Assembly: GCA_035412805.1 (NCBI GenBank)
Contig: DAONVO010000002.1
Location: 26 to 64,025, forward strand
From: Syntrophomonadaceae bacterium
Lineage (GTDB): Bacteria; Bacillota; Syntrophomonadia; Syntrophomonadales; Syntrophomonadaceae
Direction: 5' to 3'
Length of the DNA stretch: 64,000 bases
Numbering within the stretch: the first letter of the stretch is position 1; the number at the start of each line of letters is the position of its first letter. Both the position numbers and the translations under genes were made by a program. Below are positions 57,207 through 64,000 of the stretch, piece after piece. The notes beneath the pieces are model-generated. The model ran no database searches. It was not told where the DNA came from and was given only the letters and a program-made list of their open reading frames with translations.

Positions 57207-59882
57207 TTATAAGTTCTGGGCTGGTTTGAACTGGCGGGAGCGGTTATAGATTTGTTCAATATCCTGATCGGTGACCTCTCGCCCATTCATGACCAGTCCT
57301 GCCAGGCTGAACCCGTGTTTTTCCCCTAAGCTGCGCAAATAAGCCACAGTTTCCAGGGGCAATTTCGTGCCAATACTAAAATGCTGGTAGTTTCCTTCCA
57401 AAGCCAGCAGCACCGTTTCCGACAGGCAAGCCAGGCTGACTCCCTCCCGGTAGCCAAAATTGGGGCCAAAAGATATGTTGTCCGGATACTGTACCAGCCC
57501 GCCTTCCAGGACCAGAACATCATTTCTCTGCTCATATACTTCCGGAGAAACGTCGGCTGGCCGGGCTACATCGCAAACCACACAACCAGGACGCAAATGC
57601 CGTGAGTATATTAAATAATCAGGAGCGTTACTGGCTGCAACTATCAGGTCACACAGCGGCAGGGACTCATCCAGGCTGAGGCTGGTGGCAACCGGGATCT
57701 CCAGGTTTAAGTACTCGGCACATTTCTGTACCCAATCTGGAGAAAATTTGCCCTCATGATAATCTTTTAATAGTTGCTCAGACTGCAGGTCACGGCACTG
57801 AGACAATCTCTGCAGGACATTTTTCAGCCAGCCTGCCAGACCGCTTTCCACCCCTCTAGCCAATCTGTCCTTGGCATAGGAAAACAGATCATTATGCAGG
57901 GAGCGCAAACGGTTGCGGCTGCTGGTAGGATGCTGGGCATTGCCCACCAGAATTATATTGGCCACCTGTTCGGACAGCAGCAGAGCACAAGCCCGGCCAA
58001 TGGATCCGGTAGCACCTACCACCGCTCCTTGTGCCTGAGCAATATCTATATGCAGCTTCTCTGCTCCCCGGTACAGGGCTTCCATAGCCATAAGTACTGT
58101 GAAGCTGTTGCCGCTGGTTATGGCTACATTACGATCAGTCACTGAACGTCCTCCCCGGGTAACTACTGATGTTAAGGCACCCAAGCCTACTATACCGGCA
58201 CCCAGATCACGCCCCATATCTACTGCCTCACCTATCACTTGAACCACTTCTTCCCGGGGCAGCGACATTATCTGCCGGGCACCATATGGTACTCCGATCA
58301 GCCAGCCTTCAGCCGTGTCTCCACTGCGGGAACGAATGACCGGCATATGACAGACCATCCCTGCCTCTGCAGTCTGACACTGCCAATCCAAAAGCTGGTT
58401 CAGTTCGTTCCTGGTAAACCGCACAAAGGAAGGGTTGTTAGCAATAACATCCTCGGGGCCGGGATAATGGATTATAAAAGCAAATTTATGAGCAGGTTTT
58501 TCTCCTTCTTCCAATGAAGAGGCCTTGATTTTGCGGCTGGAAGACCGGTAATCAACTATATTTTCAGGGCGGGAACAGTCACCTATCAGGAAACGATACA
58601 GCAGAGCATAATCCCGGCAGGATAAAATCCGGCAAACCACTTCCAGGGCCTCCATAACCCGATCAATTTCTTCTATCGTGATAGTAAGGGTAGGCTCCAG
58701 CCGTAATGTCATAGGATTGTTTAAGAAAGGAGCCAGGCGAATGTGGTAAACGTTAAGGAGATATCCGGCAATCAAAGCCGTGAACCCGCTTCGATCACAG
58801 AGATAGGCCATATCAAAAGATCCGCAGTCATCCAAGTCATAGAACTCTATACCCACCATCAAGCCCTGGCCGCGGACCTCTTTAATTATGTCGGGATATG
58901 ACTCACCCAAGCGCAGACACCGTTCTAACAGGTATTCACCCTTGGCCGCTACCTCCCGGATAAGCTTCTGGTCATCTTTCAGCAGTTCATCCAGCACCGC
59001 GCTTCCAACCACACAGGAAAGATTGTTGTTGGCGAAGGTGGAACTGTGCAAAGAACCAAAATCATCATTATAAACCCGGGGCGAACTTATGCATACCCCC
59101 AGGGGAATCAGTCCTCCCCCCAGAGCTTTGGCCAGCAGAAGCACATCAGGTTCAATACCTTCATGCTCACAGGCAAACATTTTACCGGTGCGGCCTAAGC
59201 CGGTCTGTATCTCATCCAAAATAAAAACCACTCCATGCTGCCGGCAGAGACTTTGCACCTCTCGCAAATACCCCGGTCGGGCAGGTACTATTCCTCCCTC
59301 TCCCTGCACCGGTTCAACTATGAAGGCGGCTATATCGGAATTTTTTCCCAAAACCTCTGCCAGAGCCTTCGCATCATTAAAAGGAATACGCATAAAACCA
59401 GGTACGGGGGCTCCAAAGGGAGTTTGATATACTTCTCTTCCGGTAGCAGACAATGCTCCCAAGGTCTTGCCATGAAAGCTGCGCTCGGTAGAAACAATCG
59501 TCATCCGTCCGGTAGCAGAACGTGCCAGCTTTATAGCTGCTTCTACCGCTTCCGTGCCACTTTGGCAAAAGGTACAATAGCATAAATCTCCCGGAGTAAT
59601 TTGGGCCAGCTTATTAGCCAGACGCAGTGCCTCACCCGGCAAGGAAGGCTGCACCAAACTGGGGATTTGCTGGGTTCTTACTCTATCCAGAGCCTGCCAT
59701 ATAACCTCAGGATTATAACCAAAAGGTACTGCTCCATACTGAGCAATAAAATCCAAATAACGCTTGCCCTCTCTATCAATTAAATAACTGCCCTGACCCG
59801 ATACATAGTCTTTGTCCAGGTAAAAAGTCTGTAAAAGTTTGGCCAGAGTTGGGTTTAACAGGTCTTTACGCAGTGTAGTCAT
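57207..59882 (-). CDS. bifunctional fusion: class-III (PLP) aminotransferase + acyl-ACP-reductase (AAR)-like NAD(P)-dependent reductase
   Basis: About 891 aa. The N-terminal ~440 aa carry class-III aminotransferase motifs (GTEAVEAAIKLAR, DEIQTGLGRTG, LLAKALGGG). The C-terminal ~430 aa have the Rossmann motif VVGATGSIG and a conserved Cys in ACLSETVLLALEG, collinear with cyanobacterial AAR. ATG at 59882 follows GGAGG. Confidence 0.8.
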   Translation of the reverse strand: MTTLRKDLLNPTLAKLLQTFYLDKDYVSGQGSYLIDREGKRYLDFIAQYGAVPFGYNPEVIWQALDRVRTQQIPSLVQPSLPGEALRLANKLAQITPGDLCYCTFCQSGTEAVEAAIKLARSATGRMTIVSTERSFHGKTLGALSATGREVYQTPFGAPVPGFMRIPFNDAKALAEVLGKNSDIAAFIVEPVQGEGGIVPARPGYLREVQSLCRQHGVVFILDEIQTGLGRTGKMFACEHEGIEPDVLLLAKALGGGLIPLGVCISSPRVYNDDFGSLHSSTFANNNLSCVVGSAVLDELLKDDQKLIREVAAKGEYLLERCLRLGESYPDIIKEVRGQGLMVGIEFYDLDDCGSFDMAYLCDRSGFTALIAGYLLNVYHIRLAPFLNNPMTLRLEPTLTITIEEIDRVMEALEVVCRILSCRDYALLYRFLIGDCSRPENIVDYRSSSRKIKASSLEEGEKPAHKFAFIIHYPGPEDVIANNPSFVRFTRNELNQLLDWQCQTAEAGMVCHMPVIRSRSGDTAEGWLIGVPYGARQIMSLPREEVVQVIGEAVDMGRDLGAGIVGLGALTSVVTRGGRSVTDRNVAITSGNSFTVLMAMEALYRGAEKLHIDIAQAQGAVVGATGSIGRACALLLSEQVANIILVGNAQHPTSSRNRLRSLHNDLFSYAKDRLARGVESGLAGWLKNVLQRLSQCRDLQSEQLLKDYHEGKFSPDWVQKCAEYLNLEIPVATSLSLDESLPLCDLIVAASNAPDYLIYSRHLRPGCVVCDVARPADVSPEVYEQRNDVLVLEGGLVQYPDNISFGPNFGYREGVSLACLSETVLLALEGNYQHFSIGTKLPLETVAYLRSLGEKHGFSLAGLVMNGREVTDQDIEQIYNRSRQFKPAQNL

Positions 59883-60096
59883 ATATATCCTCCTTGTTGT
59901 GCACATATTTGTGCATCATCCCGAACTATAACCATTGTATAGATAATTGCCTGCTTGTCAATGTGGCATACCCATTTTGGCTTGTAAGATTCTCATCCCC
60001 TAAGTAATCAACTTGCATATCGTACATATTTAACGTGGATTAGGGGAAAATTAGTTTAATACTGATTGGGCTTGATGAAAAGGAGGTGCACCAAGA

Positions 60097-60240
60097 TTGG
60101 CTGATAATGAATTAAAGACAGAAGATGGTTATGATATTGGTACCTTTCACTTCTTAAAGACTGGATGGTGGATATTCCACATAGTAGTGATCGCTGCCGT
60201 TTTCTATCTGGGATATTTATTTGGTGGTAATGTTTTTTAA
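60097..60240 (+). CDS. 47-aa single-TM protein, below the ORF-track cutoff
   Basis: AGGAGGTG, then 8 nt, then TTG. The peptide reads (M)ADNELKTEDGYDIGTFHFLKTGWWIFHIVVIAAVFYLGYLFGGNVF and is followed by a hairpin. Confidence 0.45.
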   Translation: MADNELKTEDGYDIGTFHFLKTGWWIFHIVVIAAVFYLGYLFGGNVF

Positions 60241-60248
60241 ATTTATAA

Positions 60249-60271
60249 AGGGGCTCTTGAAGTGAGCCCCT
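60249..60271. terminator. bidirectional terminator hairpin
   Basis: AGGGGCTC-TTGAAGT-GAGCCCCT. On the minus strand it is followed by TTATAAATTT. Confidence 0.6.
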
Positions 60272-60281
60272 GGTGGTCTTA

Positions 60282-61118
60282 CTACCATTCCGGAGGTAGT
60301 TTTTTAAGTTGAGCCAGGTTAAATACCGGACCGTCCAAACATATATACTCACTGCCGATGTTGCAGCGTCCGCATTTGCCGATACCGCATTTCATGCGCA
60401 TTTCCAGAGTGGTGATCACCTGTTCATCACTGTAGCCCATCTTTTCTAAAGACTGTAAACAAAACTTTATCATAATTGGCGGCCCGCAGATCACGGCTAT
60501 GGTACCCTCGGGATTGGGATTGAGTTCTTCCAGATAGGCTGGCACAAATCCCACATGACCGTCCCATCCTTCTTCAGGATTATCGATAGTAACGTAAACC
60601 TGGGTGTCTTTCTGCTGAGGCCACTTCTCGAACAATTCATCCTTGAAACATAAATCCGCAGCACTGCGGCTCCCGTATAGGATAGTTATTTTGCCAAAGT
60701 CGTCCCGGTGTTTAAAGCAATATTTGATAAAAGAACGTAAGGGTGCCAGTCCAATACCGCCGGCAATAAACAGCATATCCTTGCCCTTACACTCTTCTAC
60801 CGGAAAGCCATTGCCATAAGGGCCGCGCACTCCTAGTTTCTGGCCTACTTCAATCCTGTGCAGTTCATCAGTCATTAACCCGGTACGTTTGATGGCGAAT
60901 TCCAGGTGATCATTCTCTTCCTGCCAGGAAACTGAAAACATGCCTTCCCCGACTGGAATCAGAGAAACCATGGCTAACTGGCCTGGCATAACATTGAAAG
61001 GTACGCCGCCTTTCTCACTGCGAACATAAAAATTCTTTACGTCAGGGGTCTCATCAATGATTTTTACTACTTCGACGATTCCCGGTACCAGTGGGTTTTC
61101 ACAGCTGCAATTATGCAC
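60282..61118 (-). CDS. FAD/NAD(P)-binding oxidoreductase with C-terminal [2Fe-2S] (FlxA / AsrB / sulfhydrogenase-gamma-like)
   Basis: 278 aa, ferredoxin-reductase fold (GGIGLAP) and a C-terminal Cys cluster CGIGKCGRCNIG. Confidence 0.85.
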   Translation of the reverse strand: MHNCSCENPLVPGIVEVVKIIDETPDVKNFYVRSEKGGVPFNVMPGQLAMVSLIPVGEGMFSVSWQEENDHLEFAIKRTGLMTDELHRIEVGQKLGVRGPYGNGFPVEECKGKDMLFIAGGIGLAPLRSFIKYCFKHRDDFGKITILYGSRSAADLCFKDELFEKWPQQKDTQVYVTIDNPEEGWDGHVGFVPAYLEELNPNPEGTIAVICGPPIMIKFCLQSLEKMGYSDEQVITTLEMRMKCGIGKCGRCNIGSEYICLDGPVFNLAQLKKLPPEW

Positions 61119-62127
61119 CGGTTTCCGCCTCCTTTACCGTATCAATAATCTTGATAATACTTACCCCACCCGGGCAAACCACAATACAGCGGCCGCAACC
61201 CGTGCAAAGTGGTCTGCCATATCGCTCCGTAAAAAATTGGAGCTTGTGCAGGAAACGGTTGCGGAATCTCTCCTTAGCTGCTTCTCGGGGATTATGGCCT
61301 CCGGCCATTTGGGTGTATTCACGGTACATGCAGGAATCCCAGCAACGGAAGCGATAGCCTTCATCGCCCCAGGCTTTAACCTGAATGTCAAAACAATAGC
61401 AGGTAGGGCATAGATAAGTGCATATCCCGCAAGTCTGACAGGGCTCGGAAAACTTTTCCCACATGGGATCTTCAAACATGTCTTTAAGCTTTTCTGCAAC
61501 ACCTTCGTAATTGACCTTACGCAGGAACGGCTTTAAGGGGAACAGTTCCACCTCTTGCTCTTCTAATAAGTCTTCAATCTGTTTGGTTACCGCTTCGCCT
61601 TTTTCAGTTTTAACATCCCAAACATAACCGCCGTTTACTTCGCGCATGATAATATCCGCTGCTTCAGAATCAGTCGGGTTTACTCCCATGGATTCGCAAA
61701 AGCAGTTGGTCCCTGGATTATAGCAGGCATTGGCTATGATAGTAGTCTTATCCCGCCGCGCTTTATAGAACTGGTCTACATAGCCCTTGGTCAGAAATAC
61801 ATCGTCTAAATGTTCAATTCCCCTTACATCACAGGAACGAATGCCCATGATGATTTTGGGAGTCATCTCTTCAGCTTCCACATCAATCTTTATTTCCTGA
61901 CCTTCCTGGCTGAAACTGTACATCTTTTCAGTCTGCGGCAAAATTACATGTTTGGGGGACTGGTAAACATTCAAAATATCGAACATAAGGTCGTCATAAC
62001 CTTCATCATAGGTATTCCAGGAAAAGAAACCCGTCTGCTGTCCCCGCAACATGGGTACATACACATCGGCTTGCTGAGCCAGCCGGTCCAGAACCTGTTC
62101 TATTTTGCTCATTTTAAGCACCTTCAT
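61111..62127 (-). CDS. 4Fe-4S protein (FlxB / AsrA / HydB-like)
   Basis: 338 aa with the motifs CQTCGICTYLCPTCYC and CTGCGRCIVVCP. Confidence 0.85.
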   Translation of the reverse strand: MKVLKMSKIEQVLDRLAQQADVYVPMLRGQQTGFFSWNTYDEGYDDLMFDILNVYQSPKHVILPQTEKMYSFSQEGQEIKIDVEAEEMTPKIIMGIRSCDVRGIEHLDDVFLTKGYVDQFYKARRDKTTIIANACYNPGTNCFCESMGVNPTDSEAADIIMREVNGGYVWDVKTEKGEAVTKQIEDLLEEQEVELFPLKPFLRKVNYEGVAEKLKDMFEDPMWEKFSEPCQTCGICTYLCPTCYCFDIQVKAWGDEGYRFRCWDSCMYREYTQMAGGHNPREAAKERFRNRFLHKLQFFTERYGRPLCTGCGRCIVVCPGGVSIIKIIDTVKEAETGA

Positions 62128-62138
62128 AATCTCACCCC

Positions 62139-63044
62139 TTACAGGAAATCATCCGGATCATTTTCCTTATAAACGCTTAATGGTGGTTTATTCCCCTCAA
62201 CATATTCCATGCCCGCTTCATAAGGACCAAAGAACTCGTTTACATCTTTGATCAGCTTACGATTGATCAGCATTAACGGAATATTAACCGGACATACCCG
62301 TTCACATTCGCCACATTCAACACATCTTCCTGCCATATGGGAAGCACGTACCAGATGATACATAAAGTTATCGCTGATACTGGTCTCTCGTCCTACCCAC
62401 TGGGGGCGGGTTTCATCAAAAATACAGGTCCGGCAGTTGCAGGCTACGCAGGCCTGACGGCAGGCGTAACAGCGAATACACCTGGACAACATATCTTCGA
62501 AGAACCTATAACGCTCATCGGCTGACATCTGTTCTATTTCTGCAATACGGGCAAAGCGGTCAGTCTCTCCCCGAATGGGCTGTTCTTCTCCCACCATTTC
62601 ATCATATATAACTGGATTAGGCTGGCGACAATCCAAGCATTTCGCTGCCAGACCATCCTCCGGAGTCTGTATCCTTTCAAAACCGGAGTGCTGTTTCATG
62701 GCCCGGAGCGGATCCTTAACTCCGTCGCAGGCAACTCCAATGATATATAAACGATCCCTCTTAATTTGGTTGTCTTCCAGGAGTCTCACTATCCCCCGGG
62801 AATCGCAGCCTTTGACCACAATAGCAATTTTCTCTTTACCATCCCGGTACCGCAGCAGACTGTTGGACAGGTTATGGATAGAGTATTCGTCACAAACTAT
62901 GCGACCGACCTCGTCAACGGTCCGGGCAATAAAGGGGATGGTCTGGTATTCATGATCGCCTTTTTCCCAGGCTATAACCATATCTACTTGGCCATTTTCC
63001 AACAGCCTGGCGGCAATTTCACGAATCTCTTGCGTGTAGTTCAT
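62139..63044 (-). CDS. iron-sulfur subunit (FlxC-like)
   Basis: 301 aa with the motifs CIRCYACRQACVACNC and CVECGECERVCPVNIP. Confidence 0.75.
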   Translation of the reverse strand: MNYTQEIREIAARLLENGQVDMVIAWEKGDHEYQTIPFIARTVDEVGRIVCDEYSIHNLSNSLLRYRDGKEKIAIVVKGCDSRGIVRLLEDNQIKRDRLYIIGVACDGVKDPLRAMKQHSGFERIQTPEDGLAAKCLDCRQPNPVIYDEMVGEEQPIRGETDRFARIAEIEQMSADERYRFFEDMLSRCIRCYACRQACVACNCRTCIFDETRPQWVGRETSISDNFMYHLVRASHMAGRCVECGECERVCPVNIPLMLINRKLIKDVNEFFGPYEAGMEYVEGNKPPLSVYKENDPDDFL

Positions 63045-63478
63045 TATTTTGCCCCCTTCAGCTTATGGTTAGGACCAAGATTATTCACATCAGCCACCAA
63101 CTTTTCCATGGTCTCCTGGAACTTGATTCCTTCCGAACCAGAAATCCAGGCAGTCTGATATCTCTCCGGCTCAATGCCGACATACTCCAGCAAACTCTTC
63201 ATAACCGTATGACGGCGCCGTTGATAGTAATTGCCACTACCATAGTGGCACTCGCCCGGGTGTCATCCCGATAGCAGAACGCCGTCTGCCCCCCGGTTAA
63301 AGGCTCTTAAAACCAACAGGGGGTCCATCCGCCCGGAACAAGGAGTACGAATAATGCGAACATCGGCTGGATAGTGCAAATGGTTCGATCCCGCCAGGTC
63401 CGCAGCGGCGTACGTGCACCAGTTGCAGGCAAATACTAGGACTTTAGGCTTCCAGGCCTTTTCCTGTTCTATAGACAC
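63044..63478 (-). CDS. MvhD/FlxD-like protein containing selenocysteine (in-frame UGA at 63265-63263)
   Basis: The track ORF stops at ...GADGVLLSG-TGA. The same frame continues HPGECHYGSGNYYQRR...ISGSEGIKF to TAA at 63046-63044. UGA occupies the position of the first Cys of the conserved GCHxGDCHY motif of MvhD. Confidence 0.85.
63232..63250 (-). other. SECIS-like hairpin 12 nt downstream of the UGA
   Basis: On the minus strand, UGCCACUA-UGG-UAGUGGCA forms an 8-bp stem with a G/U-containing apical loop. Confidence 0.6.
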
Positions 63479-64000
63479 AGTGCATCCACCTCCGCTACCA
63501 GTTGTTCATTAGTAAATCCCTTCAGGTTCAAAGCGGTCGTGCGGCAGGCCGGTAAACAGGCTCCGCAACCCTGGCACAGGCTGCTGTTCACTGCAGCTAC
63601 CTGGCGGGTAAAGGGTCCATGATGACCGCGGTCTTTGATTTCCACCAGTGATAGTGCTTTGTAAGGACAAATCGGCACACACAGACCGCATCCGGAACAT
63701 TTACTGGTATCTACCTCAGTAATCATAGGTTCGGTAGCCAGCCTATCTTTGGAGAACAGACCACAAACCTTAACTGCAGCAGCACTGGCTTGCGCTACTG
63801 TATCCGGAATGTCCTTGGGTCCCTGACAGGCTCCGGCTACATAAACTCCAGCGGTGAAAGTCTCTACCGGCTGCAGTTTGGGATGGGCTTCCTGGAAGAA
63901 GCCATCTTTATCGGTGGAGAAGCCGATGGTTTTAGCCAGTTCCTGGGCGCCTTCAGAAGGTACCATAGCGGTTGCCAAAACCACCATATCCACTTCTACT
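63469..64000 (-). CDS. hdrA: heterodisulfide reductase subunit A (HdrA), C-terminal part; gene continues beyond the window
   Basis: GVYVAGACQGPKDIPDTVAQASAAA plus a C-terminal 2x[4Fe-4S] ferredoxin domain (CSGCGLCVPICP, CQGCGACLPACR). The reading frame is open to the window edge. Confidence 0.88.
   Translation of the reverse strand, partial: VEVDMVVLATAMVPSEGAQELAKTIGFSTDKDGFFQEAHPKLQPVETFTAGVYVAGACQGPKDIPDTVAQASAAAVKVCGLFSKDRLATEPMITEVDTSKCSGCGLCVPICPYKALSLVEIKDRGHHGPFTRQVAAVNSSLCQGCGACLPACRTTALNLKGFTNEQLVAEVDALCL

Noticed and set aside
63263-63478. MvhD-like ORF ending prematurely; could be a truncated gene or pseudogene.
   Set aside because: The frame stays open and family-conserved after the TGA. 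The TGA replaces a conserved Cys, and a SECIS-like hairpin follows. It is interpreted as selenocysteine instead.

Overview
This 64-kb window looks like chromosome from an anaerobic, spore-forming Firmicute (class Clostridia). The taxonomic call is inference from gene content and about 46-47% GC by eye. Coding density is high and most genes are on the minus strand.

Recognisable blocks, left to right:
- c-di-GMP-I riboswitch, then a secreted transglutaminase-like protein.
- A SARP/BTAD regulator carrying a degenerate GGDEF-like domain.
- clpB with CtsR boxes, then a MarR regulator and a uracil permease plus upp.
- The conserved Firmicute block PBP / U32 peptidase / mltG / VanW / DUF1292 / ruvX / ireB / alaS.
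- mnmA, rarA, trxA and a csoR-family repressor.
- Two tandem thiolase genes with identical protein sequences.
- Ku plus a split LigD (NHEJ).
- A lipoylation and glycine-cleavage supercluster: lplA, lpdA, gcvPB, gcvPA, gcvH, gcvT.
- yfcE-like, rdgB and rph, then class I fumarase alpha/beta.
- An MBL hydrolase, a BcrAD/BadFG activase and a single 2-hydroxyacyl-CoA-dehydratase-like subunit.
- murI and gerM.
- A ChlI-like AAA+ ATPase with a VWA protein, an orphan LytTR response regulator and a radical SAM protein.
- DegV, DUF1285 and a class-III aminotransferase fused to an acyl-ACP-reductase-like domain.
- A Flx/Hdr-type cluster ending in hdrA, which is cut by the window edge.

The most unusual observations:
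1. An unclassified structured noncoding element of about 330 nt. There are two full copies and several truncated or inverted fragments. Compensatory base changes preserve a 195-nt rod-like fold.
2. The aminotransferase-AAR fusion, in an operon with lipid-related genes.
3. An in-frame UGA (selenocysteine) with a SECIS-like hairpin in the MvhD/FlxD gene.
4. An orphan ChlI/ChlD-like pair.
5. The homogenised tandem thiolase duplication.

No rRNA, tRNA, CRISPR array or intact IS element was seen.
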